A model generated the notes under the pieces. That model was not told the DNA's origin. It worked only from the letters and a program-made list of their open reading frames with translations, and searched no databases. A stretch of DNA of 64,000 bases. It comes from Candidatus Harrisonbacteria bacterium (GTDB lineage: Bacteria; Patescibacteriota; Minisyncoccia; UBA6257; 02-FULL-45-10c). The position numbers and the translations under genes are program-made. The stretch covers positions 3,078-67,077 of the forward strand of contig JACROC010000005.1 in NCBI GenBank assembly GCA_016214655.1. The letters are read 5' to 3'. This document shows, in pieces, positions 33,924 through 43,938 of the stretch (within the stretch, counting starts at the first letter, position 1; each line of letters opens with the position of its first letter).

Positions 33924-35750
33924 CAAAAGATTTTGACTTTTTCGAATTTTATCGTATTTTTGTTGGTATCAGCGGCAGCGGTATTTTTATTTAATGTTGC
34001 GGCTGGAGACTCGGCTATTTTTGATGAAACCGCCCATATTGTTGCCGGCTATACATATGTTAAGCATCTGGATTATCGTTTTAATCCTGAGCATCCGCCG
34101 TTAGTGAAAATGCTGGCCGGTTTGCCGCTTTTATTTGAAAATTTTAACTTCCCTACTGACAAAGGCTATTGGGAAGGATTAAATGAGCAGTGGTGGGCTG
34201 GCAATGAATTTTTATATAAATCCGGCAATGACGCGGATAAAATAATTCTTTTAGCCAGAATTGGCCCGATCCTTCTTACGCTCCTTACGATAATTTTTAT
34301 CTATATTTTTGCCAAAGGAATAATCGGGCGCCATTGGGCGTTGTTCCCGGCTTTTTTATTTGCTTTGTCCCCTATTGTTTTAGCTCACGGGCATTATGTT
34401 ACTACTGATATTGGCGCGGCCCTTGGCACACTTTTAACAATTTATTATTTTTTAAAGTTTTTATTTGATCAATCACAAAAGAATTTAATTTCAGCCGGTT
34501 TGGCATTTGGGTTTATGCAGGCGGTAAAGTTTTCCGGCGTGCTTTTGATCCCTTATCTTTTCATATTAGCAGTAATTTTTTGGTTTATTAAGAGAGATCC
34601 ATTTTTGTATAAATATCTTTGGAATACGGTTTTAGTCATGGCAATCGGATATGTTTTTGTGGTTTATCCGCTTTATCTTTTAACTACTTGGAATTATCCA
34701 ATCGAAAAACAAGTTGCCGATACAGAAGCGGTCATCGGCGACTTCCGTATTCAACCTCTGGCAAATTTAAATATCTGGATGGCCGGTAATAAAATTTTGC
34801 GTCCTTTCGGAGAGTATTTGTTGGGGGTGCTGATGGTGCTTCAGCGATCGGCTGGCGGTAATAATGCTTATTTCCTCGGGCAGCTTTCCTCTCATGGCTG
34901 GTGGTATTATTTTCCGCTTGTTTATTTTATGAAAGAATCTTTGCCAACTTTATTTGTTATTTTATCAGCGGGTATTCTAGGGGCGATTCGTTTATTGGCA
35001 GCTTTCGGATATGGTCCGCGAAAGGCCTGGGAGAAATTTAAAGAGTACTTAAGTGTGCAGTTTGCGGAATTTTCCATGATTATCTTTATTATTCTTTACT
35101 GGCTTTCCAGCATTACCAGCCCTCTAAATATCGGGGTCCGCCATATTCTTCCGACTATTCCATTTATTTATATCTTATCAGCCGGAGCATTGCGAAAATG
35201 GTTTTCCTTCCAGCCTACATTGATCAGTATAAATTTAAAAGAGAGATTAAAAAATCTTTCACACACAATTTTTAATTTTTGGGTAAAAGCAGTTATTTTA
35301 AGTGCGTTGGTGATTTGGCTGGCAGTGGAAACTACTCTGGCGGCGCCATATTTTTTGTCTTATTTTAATAATTTTTCCGGATGGCGCGAAAACGGATTTT
35401 ATTACGTGACTGACTCTAATTTTGACTGGGGGCAGGATCTAAAAAGACTTAAAACTTGGACACGAATAAACTTAGAACAAAATGAAAAAATTGCGGTGGA
35501 TTATTTTGGCGGCGGCGACCCGGCATATTATCTTGGCGATCAATTTGTGCCATGGTGGTCGGCTAAAGGCAGCAGTCCTAAAGATGAGGGAATAAATTGG
35601 CTGGCGATTTCTGCAAACGTGCTTCAGGGTGCCTTAGCAACGCCAATTCTTGATTTCCAAAAAAATCCGGCTGACGAATACCGCTGGCTGGAAAACCCAT
35701 ATGGCTTTATTGATCGGGCCGGAACTTCTATATTTATTTACAGACTTTAA
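33921..35750 (+). CDS. GT-C glycosyltransferase of the PMT/ArnT family (second copy)
   Basis: Multi-TM protein with the DETAH / EHPPL loop motif typical of PMT/ArnT enzymes. ORF track starts at 33894 (TTG); the ATG at about 33921 is preferred. Confidence 0.75.
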   Translation: MQKILTFSNFIVFLLVSAAAVFLFNVAAGDSAIFDETAHIVAGYTYVKHLDYRFNPEHPPLVKMLAGLPLLFENFNFPTDKGYWEGLNEQWWAGNEFLYKSGNDADKIILLARIGPILLTLLTIIFIYIFAKGIIGRHWALFPAFLFALSPIVLAHGHYVTTDIGAALGTLLTIYYFLKFLFDQSQKNLISAGLAFGFMQAVKFSGVLLIPYLFILAVIFWFIKRDPFLYKYLWNTVLVMAIGYVFVVYPLYLLTTWNYPIEKQVADTEAVIGDFRIQPLANLNIWMAGNKILRPFGEYLLGVLMVLQRSAGGNNAYFLGQLSSHGWWYYFPLVYFMKESLPTLFVILSAGILGAIRLLAAFGYGPRKAWEKFKEYLSVQFAEFSMIIFIILYWLSSITSPLNIGVRHILPTIPFIYILSAGALRKWFSFQPTLISINLKERLKNLSHTIFNFWVKAVILSALVIWLAVETTLAAPYFLSYFNNFSGWRENGFYYVTDSNFDWGQDLKRLKTWTRINLEQNEKIAVDYFGGGDPAYYLGDQFVPWWSAKGSSPKDEGINWLAISANVLQGALATPILDFQKNPADEYRWLENPYGFIDRAGTSIFIYRL

Positions 35751-35763
35751 TAAAAAAGACCCC

Positions 35764-36168
35764 TTAGGGGTCATAATATAGCGGCTTGCGGTCGGATGTA
35801 TTTCTAAGACAATATTCTACGTACCTTACGCGTTTCCACTTTATTCCTATGGCGGGCCAGTCTTCAACGCGAAACCAATCACCTGTTCTTGCACTGTTTA
35901 CTTTGTCAATTTTTTCATAAAAACGTTCCCCATCAAGATGGTATAAATAAATTCCTTTTTCGTTGCTAGTTAGGAATTTACCACAAATCGGCACTAAATC
36001 ATGTTCATCATTTTCTACGGTAACTAATAAAACCTCTCCTTGTTTAACGAGTGTATTCAGGCTTTTTCGTTCCTGTTTTAGTTGTTTAGTATCACTACCC
36101 AAACTTGCGCAACTGCTTATAGTAAGAGCTAAAAATAAGCTAATTGACACTTTACCCGCGTTTTTCAT
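35764..36168 (-). CDS. lipoprotein (134 aa)
   Basis: Signal peptide with lipobox (LALTISSC). Confidence 0.55.
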   Translation of the reverse strand: MKNAGKVSISLFLALTISSCASLGSDTKQLKQERKSLNTLVKQGEVLLVTVENDEHDLVPICGKFLTSNEKGIYLYHLDGERFYEKIDKVNSARTGDWFRVEDWPAIGIKWKRVRYVEYCLRNTSDRKPLYYDP

Positions 36169-36234
36169 ACCCCGCCGTTATTTATTAAAGAGCGATTGCT
36201 ATATATTAGGACTAATTCATATTCTTGTCAATCA

Positions 36235-36266
36235 TTGACAGAATTACATAATTTATGTTAGTATAT
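36235..36266 (+). promoter_or_regulatory. promoter (TTGACA..TAGTAT) overlapped by the palindrome TTGTCAATcATTGACA
   Basis: cttgtcaatcattgacagaattacataatttatgttagtatatat. The perfect -35 element lies inside an 8+8 inverted repeat, a candidate operator. Confidence 0.5.
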
Positions 36267-36346
36267 ATTCGAGAGAGGATTTGCGTCCTCTCCTGCTATG
36301 CCGAGAGAGGCATAGTAAAACTACGAGAGAGTAGCAAGGAGGGAAC

Positions 36347-36829
36347 ATGAAGTTCGTTAAAAACTTCGTAAGAGTAGAGGCTCTGGCGCTCCAGCGGGCG
36401 CTCGAGCTTCAGAAGGAAACCGACCGCGGCAGTCTCTACCTGGCAAGTTCTGAGCTCCAGAATGAGTTTGGCTGGGCAGTAGATCTGGCCAGCCGCGGAG
36501 AAGATGTTTGCGACCTTGAGGGTAAGGTTGTGGGACATCGAGAACTCTCCCCTGCGCAACTTGGTCTTGCAGGAGAGATCGATGAATTCACGGCCGTTGA
36601 CTTTTCCGGCCGCGGCGATGCATATCTTGAGCGACTATACCTTTTCGCTTTCAACGATCCGAAGATACACAAAAGATCGCTTTTTGTGTTCGTGAAGATC
36701 GTGAGGCAGACAAGAGACAGCGATTGGGAGATTGTAGTGGAATCCGCCTGGAAGGCCAACGATGGCGTGTATTCAAACCAGGACAATCTTATCTACCGAG
36801 ATTTTCGAAAGAAGGAATTGGTTCACTGA
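36347..36829 (+). CDS. acidic hypothetical protein (160 aa) on a GC-rich islet
   Basis: Strong SD (AAGGAGGG). GC is far above the window background. The leader carries three hairpins, each displaying CGAGAGAG. Confidence 0.65.
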   Translation: MKFVKNFVRVEALALQRALELQKETDRGSLYLASSELQNEFGWAVDLASRGEDVCDLEGKVVGHRELSPAQLGLAGEIDEFTAVDFSGRGDAYLERLYLFAFNDPKIHKRSLFVFVKIVRQTRDSDWEIVVESAWKANDGVYSNQDNLIYRDFRKKELVH

Positions 36830-36833
36830 TATC

Positions 36834-36871
36834 AGCCCCAGGAAGGTAAAACTTCCTGGGGCATTTTTTTA
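36834..36871 (+). terminator. strong rho-independent terminator
   Basis: gccccaggaag-gtaaaac-ttcctggggc followed by attttttt. Confidence 0.7.
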
Positions 36872-36874
36872 TTA

Positions 36875-37657
36875 CTACAAATTCTTATAAAAAATCCTAT
36901 TCTCTACTCTTAAGTCTATATATTGTACATTTTTAAGCCCGGTTTTTTCCATAAGCGATTGCAGCGATTCTAAGTTTAAAGTCGGATCAAAACGGATGCT
37001 GAATAATAAATCCGGACCAGAATAAGTTTTTACGTGAATCTCCTGAAGTTCTCTTTTAAAAATTATTTCTTTAATTGGCATTCGGATTCTTTTCAATCCG
37101 TCTACTACCGCAATTAAATTAGGGGCGAATCTTTCTTCAATGATTTTTGTATTTTTTATTGCAGTAGCAGGACTGATATCCTGAACAGTTAAAATTAAAG
37201 ATCCCTCGGTTTGGGGTGCATTTTCAAAAAGTATTCCCTGTTTATCTAACCAGTAGCAATTATTATTTTTATCGCACCAGATTGCAAGCCGTTCACGCTC
37301 TTGGGCGTCAATAATTATAGATTGCCTTAACCAGTCTCTTTTGATTACTGCTTCTGCCAAGGCGGTTTTAGAAAGATCCGGATTATTTACGTCCCACACC
37401 AATAGGTTTTTATCCCCCAGAAAATTTTTAACTCGAGTAGTAAGTATTTGCGGTTCTATCATGCGCAGGATTTCATCAATCCGGTATCCGGATACACCCG
37501 CTACCCTGAATTCTTTAATCTTGAATATGGGAGAATAAACTAACGTATAAATAATTAAAATGAGTATCAGAATCAATATTAAAAATCCGAAATAAATTTT
37601 GATTCGGAAATTTCTGCCCTGCTTATTTATTTGATGTTGGTCGAGATAGCTTTGCAT
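36875..37657 (-). CDS. ftsQ: FtsQ/DivIB-like cell-division protein (TM plus POTRA)
   Basis: Single TM (ILILILILIIYTLVY) then a POTRA-like region (IKEFRVAGVSGYRIDEIL). Weak family similarity. Confidence 0.55.
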   Translation of the reverse strand: MQSYLDQHQINKQGRNFRIKIYFGFLILILILILIIYTLVYSPIFKIKEFRVAGVSGYRIDEILRMIEPQILTTRVKNFLGDKNLLVWDVNNPDLSKTALAEAVIKRDWLRQSIIIDAQERERLAIWCDKNNNCYWLDKQGILFENAPQTEGSLILTVQDISPATAIKNTKIIEERFAPNLIAVVDGLKRIRMPIKEIIFKRELQEIHVKTYSGPDLLFSIRFDPTLNLESLQSLMEKTGLKNVQYIDLRVENRIFYKNL

Positions 37658-37662
37658 TCATT

Positions 37663-37742
37663 ACAGCGTTTAGCGGTTAGCGTTTAGCGGTTAGGGCAAA
37701 AAAATATTTTCCTAAACGCTGTACGCTGTACGCTGTACGCTA
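37663..37742. repeat. heptamer tandem arrays (GCGKTTA)x4 and (CGCTGTA)x3 forming an imperfect hairpin between alr and ftsQ
   Basis: acagcgtttagcggttagcgtttagcggttaggg ... cctaaacgctgtacgctgtacgctgtacgcta. In the mRNA sense (CUAAACG/CUAACCG)n ends 9 nt before the ftsQ AUG. The distal array overlaps the alr stop. Confidence 0.8.
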
Positions 37743-38849
37743 AGTAACCACTCTTTCAATTAACGGATTAATTCTGGTTATCAATTCATAATGTATAGTC
37801 CCCATTTTTTGGGCGACGTCAAAAGCGGAAAGCCCCTCTCCTTTTTGTCGTCCGATAATAGTGGCTTTGTCTCCGACTTTGCAGGAGATATTGCCCGCAT
37901 CAATTACCACCAAATCCATGGAAACTCTGCCTAAAACTTTGGCTTTTTTTCCGTTGATTAATACTTCCCCTACTCCGGAAAGCGTGCGCGGAAAGCCGTG
38001 CCAGTACCCGATTGGCAGTATTGCCATTTTAGTCGGTTTCTGGACTCGTTCCACCAAATCATAACCAACAAAATCCCCAGCTTTCAATTTTTTTATTTCA
38101 CTTATTACCGTGTGCCAAGAAAGAGCCGGCTTAAATTTAAGTTCTGGTCGCTGGATTGTCAGTTCTTTTGACGGCCAGAGTCCGTAAAGCCCAATACCGA
38201 TTCTTACCATGTCTAACTGATATTTTGGATTAACTAACGTTCCGCCGGTTGCGGCAGCATGACACAAGATGTTTTTGAATCCGGATCTTTCTAAAAGATT
38301 CAGGGCTTTTTGGAAACTGGCAAACTGATTCTCGGTGTAGGTCGGGTAATTTATATCTTTGGCGGATGCAAAATGAGTATAAGCGCCAATTAAATTTAAT
38401 CCCCTTTGTTTAATTAATTGGGTTACCGGCCGCAGATCGCTATTATAAAATCCTTGGCGGTGCATACCGCTGTCAATTTTTAAATGGAATGCCGGCTTCC
38501 ATTTGCTGGCGGTTAAAGCCTTTAAGGCGTCCCAATTAGAAACAGTAATAGTCAGACCGTTTTTAGCCGCAGATTCTAGATAAAAAGGCAGTGATGGTCC
38601 AAGCACCAAAATTGGCTTTTTAATGCCATTTTCTCGCAATTTACGGCCCTCCGGCACGCTGTCAACGCAGAAACCATTTATGCCAAGTTGAGTAGCTATT
38701 TTGGAGAATGTTGTAAGTCCATGCCCATAGGCATTAGATTTAACCACTGACCAAAGCTGGGTTTTGGGAGTTAGTAAGGACTTTATCTGCTTTATGTTAT
38801 GGGCTATGGCTTTAGAATTGATCTCTACCCAGGTTTTATATTTTTGCAT
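37740..38849 (-). CDS. alr: alanine racemase
   Basis: PLP-binding motif VVKSNAYGHG and a full-length fold. Confidence 0.85.
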   Translation of the reverse strand: MQKYKTWVEINSKAIAHNIKQIKSLLTPKTQLWSVVKSNAYGHGLTTFSKIATQLGINGFCVDSVPEGRKLRENGIKKPILVLGPSLPFYLESAAKNGLTITVSNWDALKALTASKWKPAFHLKIDSGMHRQGFYNSDLRPVTQLIKQRGLNLIGAYTHFASAKDINYPTYTENQFASFQKALNLLERSGFKNILCHAAATGGTLVNPKYQLDMVRIGIGLYGLWPSKELTIQRPELKFKPALSWHTVISEIKKLKAGDFVGYDLVERVQKPTKMAILPIGYWHGFPRTLSGVGEVLINGKKAKVLGRVSMDLVVIDAGNISCKVGDKATIIGRQKGEGLSAFDVAQKMGTIHYELITRINPLIERVVT

Positions 38850-38937
38850 AATTTTTGCTATTGAAACCAGTATTTTAATACTCTATTATAGATTTAAGTT
38901 CTTTTACTCATCTTATCAAAAAATTGGGAGGTTGAAT

Positions 38938-39456
38938 ATGGTTGATTTGAGAGAAAAATACCGGGAATTAAAGGTGTACATAGAAAGTATGCCACCTTTG
39001 GTGGCTGCCTTCGTGATAATGATTATTGTCACCATACCGCTGGATATATTAAGCGTATATTGGGGCTGGGTTAATAAAGCAGAATTGGAGGCCCTGCGTA
39101 ATTTAATCAGGCAGAGTTCTCTAAAGGAAATAGCTTTTTCAACTCTGGTTTATGCCCCTCTTTTAGAGGAATTTATGTACCGAGGCCCGGTGCGGTTACT
39201 AGTTTTATTTTTTCCGAATGTCACTACTAAAAATCTTATTGCTTGGCTTATAATTTTAGCCCCGACATTCTATTGGGCAATGATTGCTGGTGGAGGTGGG
39301 CATGGCATTCCACTGGATGCGCTGGCAATCGGTATTATCTGCGGATGGGCGGTAGTGGAAACTAAGACGCTTGAATCGGCAATCGCCTTGCATATCTTTT
39401 ATAATGCGCTTAATCTTGTGGGCGTGCTTATCCGTTACCGATTTTTATCTCTTTAA
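38938..39456 (+). CDS. CPBP-family intramembrane glutamic endopeptidase (CAAX protease / Abi-like)
   Basis: EExxxR motif (LLEEFMYRG) plus downstream His-containing TM motifs. Strong SD GGGAGG 6 nt before the ATG at about 38938. ORF track starts at 38764. Confidence 0.7.
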   Translation: MVDLREKYRELKVYIESMPPLVAAFVIMIIVTIPLDILSVYWGWVNKAELEALRNLIRQSSLKEIAFSTLVYAPLLEEFMYRGPVRLLVLFFPNVTTKNLIAWLIILAPTFYWAMIAGGGGHGIPLDALAIGIICGWAVVETKTLESAIALHIFYNALNLVGVLIRYRFLSL

Positions 39457-40722
39457 TACCAAGATAATTTTGCAATACCTTGGGGACTAATACAGTCCCC
39501 TTTTCTGTTTGATAGTTTTCTATGATAGCGATAAGAATTCTTCCAATGGCAAATGCAGTTGCGTCATTCATGTGCACTAACTCTGTATTGCTATTATTTC
39601 TTTTCACCCGGGTTTTGAGGCGCCGGGATTGATAATCCGTCATAAGATCTGAGGTGTGAGTTTCCCGGTATTTATTTTGGCTAGGCATCCAAGTTTCTAT
39701 ATCTATCTGCCTGGCATCCGGCCCGCCCATATCTCCGGTACAGACAGATACGACCCGATACGGAAGTTTTAGGCTTTGCATAAGATATTCTTGAATGCTG
39801 ACTATAAAATCCTGTTCCGAGCGGGACAGTTCCGGAAGTGTAAATGATTCAAGTTCTATCTTATCAAATTGGTGTACGCGCAGGATTCCGTAGACGTCCT
39901 TTCCATAACTTCCAGCCTCCCGGCGAAATGCCGAAGAAAAACCAACATACCTGATTGGTAATTTATTTTCCGGAATTATTTCATCCATATGCAGCGGTCC
40001 AAGCGTATGTTCAGCGCTGCCGACAAGATAAAGACCTTCTTTTGGAAGATAAAATCTTTCATCTTGTTGTCCCGGATCGAGGCGGGCCATCCGGGTAAAG
40101 GTTTCTGGATTTATCATTACCGGCGGAATTACCGGAATAAATGGCTTATCTGGGAAATCCGGACTGATTTTTTCCGCTACTTTTTTAATAAAATTTTTAT
40201 CAGTCAGCAATGAAAACACATACTGAACAATTGCAAATTCCATGATTGCCAATTGTCCTTTTAGATAATTGAATCGCGAACCGACCACTTTGCTGGCAGT
40301 TTTTGTATCAATTATATCCAGCGCCTCTCCAAGTTCCATGTGGTCTTTTGGTTTAAAATTAAATTTTGGTATTTCTCCCCAGGTCCGGATAACTTGGTTT
40401 TCGTTTTCGTCTTTTCCAATTGGCACGTCTTTAAATGGCAGGTTTGGGATCTGATATAAAATTTCAGTCCGTATTTTTTCTAATTCGTTTAAATTATTTT
40501 CAATTTTCTTTATTTCCTCTTTTAGTTTTTTGGCCTCTTCCACCCTTTTTGCTTCCCCAAGTTTTTTTTGTTCGGCGCGCATTTCGTCAAATTTTTGCGT
40601 CAAAGCGCGCCATTTTCGGTCCACTTCAAGGAATTTATCTACTAGCGCTGGGTCCGCGTTTTTAGCGGCAATTCCCCTTCTTACGGATTCAGGGTATTTG
40701 CGTATGAGATTGATATCTAGCA
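39428..40722 (-). CDS. serS: serine--tRNA ligase
   Basis: N-terminal coiled coil (MLDINLIRKYPE...) and a class II core. ORF track extends to a TTG at 40762; the ATG at about 40722 is preferred. Confidence 0.9.
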
Positions 40723-40779
40723 TAGTTATTAGTTTAGTATAGAATATCTTAAATAAAAACAAAAACCCCCTTCGGGGTA

Positions 40780-41103
40780 TTATTCAAAATATCTAGGATG
40801 CGGCTGAAGATGTTCTGCTGGGATATTCACGAGTTTCCGGTCAAATCTTGGTTCGTGGGTTGCCGGTTCTTGGTCTGAATCAGGTTCAATTCTGACTAGC
40901 GGGCCAACTCCACACCGGTCCTTCATCACGCAAAGGTCCATCGTCCGGTCTATCAGGCTGACTTTTGCTCCTTGCCTGACGGCAAGTATTGTTGCGGGGA
41001 AGTTTAGGTCTTGGGAAAAGAGAATAATCTCTACGTCTTGATTAACTAGCATCAAAAGAAGTCTTGGGATATAAACTACTTCCTTTGGAGCGTCGGCCGT
41101 CAT
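40780..41103 (-). CDS. hypothetical protein, possible NYN/LabA-like C-terminal fragment (107 aa)
   Basis: Strong SD AAGGAGGTG 4 nt before ATG (MTADAPKEVVYIP...). DVEIILFSQD...AVRQGAKV resembles the second half of a NYN domain. Moderately GC-rich. A weak CCCC-UUC-GGGG hairpin plus U-run follows. ORF track starts at 41160. Confidence 0.4.
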   Translation of the reverse strand: MTADAPKEVVYIPRLLLMLVNQDVEIILFSQDLNFPATILAVRQGAKVSLIDRTMDLCVMKDRCGVGPLVRIEPDSDQEPATHEPRFDRKLVNIPAEHLQPHPRYFE

Positions 41104-41308
41104 GCCACCTCCTTGCTGTCTGAAGTTGTCGGAAAAGAAAAAGACTCCTGAATCCATCAATTATATCTCAAAGATCAAAACTAAGACGAGCTTGCCTTAG
41201 TAGTTGATCCTTAGGGATAGAGTCGATAGACCGCAAGAGTCTTTGCCCTTTCCTTTTCAGGATAATAGTTATTTTATAGCATACTTTAATTTATTTTTCA
41301 AGTACCAT

Positions 41309-41337
41309 TGACTTTTTGTATAGTTTAATGTAATATA
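41309..41337 (+). promoter_or_regulatory. sigma70-like promoter TTGACT-17-TAATAT
   Basis: ttgactttttgtatagtttaatgtaatat is followed by the SD GGCGGAGGTGG and the ATG at 41362. Confidence 0.5.
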
Positions 41338-41361
41338 AAGAAAATCTGGCGGAGGTGGAAA

Positions 41362-42006
41362 ATGAGAAAGTTCCTGCCGTTGCTAGCTCTTTTATTATTA
41401 AAAAATGGAAAGATTCCGAATGAAGTTCGGCAATCCCCCGTTGTCTCTCATAATAAGTTCGGAGTGGTTTTTTCCTCAAAGCAGCACGATCCCGATTGGC
41501 TGTGGCAATTTAACGTTGATTATCGGTTTATCAGCCGGACTTTATGGCCGGAATTGCTGAGAATTACGAATACAGATCCGGGGTTGCGGATTCCAATAAT
41601 CAAATTAAGCGAGGAGGAGCCGTTTGAGAATAAAATTTTGATTTTTGGGAGATATATGACTGCACAAAAGGAGATCCGCGTATATTATTTTAACATTTAT
41701 AGTTATATCGGAAGAATGAATTTGGCCAGAAGGCAAAAATTGGATGCTAAAGAGTGTAATGTTCAGCTATACTCCAATATTGCGCATGAACTTTTGCATT
41801 ATATTCTTCATATGAAAGGCATATCTTGGGAAAACCAGAATCATCATCATCTGATGTATGAAAGCGGCATTTCCCGGGGGGCCAATAAGTTCATTACGCT
41901 GTATTTCTATTCATCCGGATTATCTTACGCTACAGATATGAGTTATCTGCGAGAGAAAAACGATGAATATCTCCGCGTTGCAAAACTCAATAAATCCAGC
42001 CCCTAA
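41362..42006 (+). CDS. secreted HExxH-motif protein (putative zinc metallopeptidase)
   Basis: Signal peptide MRKFLPLLALLLL and the motif IAHELLHYILH. Confidence 0.55.
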   Translation: MRKFLPLLALLLLKNGKIPNEVRQSPVVSHNKFGVVFSSKQHDPDWLWQFNVDYRFISRTLWPELLRITNTDPGLRIPIIKLSEEEPFENKILIFGRYMTAQKEIRVYYFNIYSYIGRMNLARRQKLDAKECNVQLYSNIAHELLHYILHMKGISWENQNHHHLMYESGISRGANKFITLYFYSSGLSYATDMSYLREKNDEYLRVAKLNKSSP

Positions 42007-43469
42007 AAAGGCTGGATTATTTTTTTAAGCTTCATTAATGGAAAGGTTTGGCATTCTCTGGCAGTTTTATTGGCTAAAAAGCTGAATACCCGTTCACTCA
42101 TGCCGAAACCGCAAGTTGGCGGCATTCCGTATCCCAATGCCTCAACAAAATCCTCATCTTTCATCTGCGCCTCTTCGTCTCCCGCCTCTCTCAATTTCAT
42201 TTGCTGGTCAAAGCGCTGTTCTTGTTCTATCGGATCGTTAAGTTCGCTATAGCCATTGCCTAATTCAGAACCAGCAATGATAACTTGAAATCTTTGGGTT
42301 AGTTCCGGATTTTTCTCGTCTTTTTTTGCCAGGGGTGAAACTTCCACTGGTGCGCCGACCAGGAAGCCTGGTCCGGGAATTTGCCTGCGGCAATATTTCC
42401 AAAGGTTGTCTATGGCTCTGGTAAGATTAAATCCTTTCCGGTCATATTCTATTTTAAGTTCGTTAAGTTTTTTTTGAATTTCTTCTAGATTGGTGTTTAG
42501 GATATCAACGCCGGTATATTTTTTAACTGTCTCCCGATAATTGTATCTTACCCATTCCCTGTCCAGATCCACTTTAAAATCGCCGATGGTGAATTTAAGG
42601 GTTCCAAACGCTTTCATTGCAATATATTTATATAATTCCTCCACTAATTTCATTCCCATTTCATAATCGGCGTAAGCCCAATAAAATTCCATCTGGGTAT
42701 AATCCTGCAAGTGTTCGGCATCCATGCCTTCGTTTCTGAATTGCCGGCCGATTTCAAAAGTTTTTTCAAATCCAGCTACCATCAGTCTTTTCTGCCATAG
42801 TTCTCCCATGGATATCCGCAAGTAAACATCTATATCCAGAGCGTTGTGATGGGTTATAAATGGCCGGGCATCTGCTCCGCCGGGAGTAGTTTCCAGAACT
42901 GGAGTTTCTACTTCCATAAATCCCCTGTCTGTCAAAAAAGTTCTGGTTGCATTCCAGAATTTTGCTTTTTTTCCCACTAAATCCTTCACTGCCGGATTAA
43001 AAATCATATCTAAATATCTTTTTCTTAATCTTTCTTCTTCGTTATGAAAACCATACCAGGCGGCTGGCAGCGGCCGGATGCTTTTGGTGGCCATTATTAA
43101 TTTTTGAGCATCCACGCTTTTTTCACCCTTTTTGGTTTTAAAAAGAGTTCCCTGAGCAATAACAAAATCACCGATATCAAGATTATCTTTCCAGATTTGA
43201 AAGTCCGGGACTTTTTTCCTAGTTAAGACAGCCTGTATCTTGCCGCTTTCATCTTGGATGTCTAAAAATATTACGCCGCCTTGGATTCTCATGCCCGTTA
43301 TTCTTCCGCCAATGAAAATTGCTTTCTTAAACAGCGATAAAAAGAAAAAGCGACGCAGCACGTCACCGATGTAATCCCTTTTTGCTGCTTTAGCCGGGTA
43401 AGGATTATAGCCGGCTTTTATCAGATTGTCGCGTTTTTTAAGACGTTCTTTAATAAGGTCTTCAAGCAT
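42003..43469 (-). CDS. lysS: lysine--tRNA ligase (class II)
   Basis: N-terminal OB-fold (GGRITGMRIQGGVIFLDIQDESGKIQ), motif 2 FRNEGMD and motif 3 region. Confidence 0.9.
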   Translation of the reverse strand: MLEDLIKERLKKRDNLIKAGYNPYPAKAAKRDYIGDVLRRFFFLSLFKKAIFIGGRITGMRIQGGVIFLDIQDESGKIQAVLTRKKVPDFQIWKDNLDIGDFVIAQGTLFKTKKGEKSVDAQKLIMATKSIRPLPAAWYGFHNEEERLRKRYLDMIFNPAVKDLVGKKAKFWNATRTFLTDRGFMEVETPVLETTPGGADARPFITHHNALDIDVYLRISMGELWQKRLMVAGFEKTFEIGRQFRNEGMDAEHLQDYTQMEFYWAYADYEMGMKLVEELYKYIAMKAFGTLKFTIGDFKVDLDREWVRYNYRETVKKYTGVDILNTNLEEIQKKLNELKIEYDRKGFNLTRAIDNLWKYCRRQIPGPGFLVGAPVEVSPLAKKDEKNPELTQRFQVIIAGSELGNGYSELNDPIEQEQRFDQQMKLREAGDEEAQMKDEDFVEALGYGMPPTCGFGMSERVFSFLANKTARECQTFPLMKLKKIIQPF

Positions 43470-43473
43470 ACGC

Positions 43474-43935
43474 TTACTCTATGGAAATTACAGTGTACTC
43501 CACTTTTCCGCCTGGAGTTGTAACCAAAACTTTATCACCAACTTTTTTATTCAAAAAAGCGCTGCCTAGGGGTGATTCGTTAGAAATTAAGCCCGCCTCC
43601 GGCTTCGCTTCATTAGAACCGACGATAGTAAGTTTTCTTCGTTGCCCGTCTGCTTTTTCCACCTCAACTGTTGAACCAATGGAAACATTAGTTGTGGATT
43701 GTGATTTTTCGATAATTGCTGCACTTTTAATCATATCTTCCAATTCGCCAATCCGAGTTTCTACTTGCGCCTGCTCTTCTCTAGCGGCAATATATTCTGC
43801 GTTTTCCGAAAGATCGCCCAATTCTTTTGCGCGCTTTAATCTTTCTCCGACTTCAATACGCCGCCTACCCTTAAGGTCGGCAAGCTCTGTTTTTAATTCT
43901 TCTAACCGCTCTTTTGTAAAATATTGTTTATCCAT
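43474..43935 (-). CDS. greA: transcription elongation factor GreA
   Basis: N-terminal coiled coil with GDLSENAEY and a C-terminal FKBP-like domain. Confidence 0.9.
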   Translation of the reverse strand: MDKQYFTKERLEELKTELADLKGRRRIEVGERLKRAKELGDLSENAEYIAAREEQAQVETRIGELEDMIKSAAIIEKSQSTTNVSIGSTVEVEKADGQRRKLTIVGSNEAKPEAGLISNESPLGSAFLNKKVGDKVLVTTPGGKVEYTVISIE

Positions 43936-43938
43936 ATT

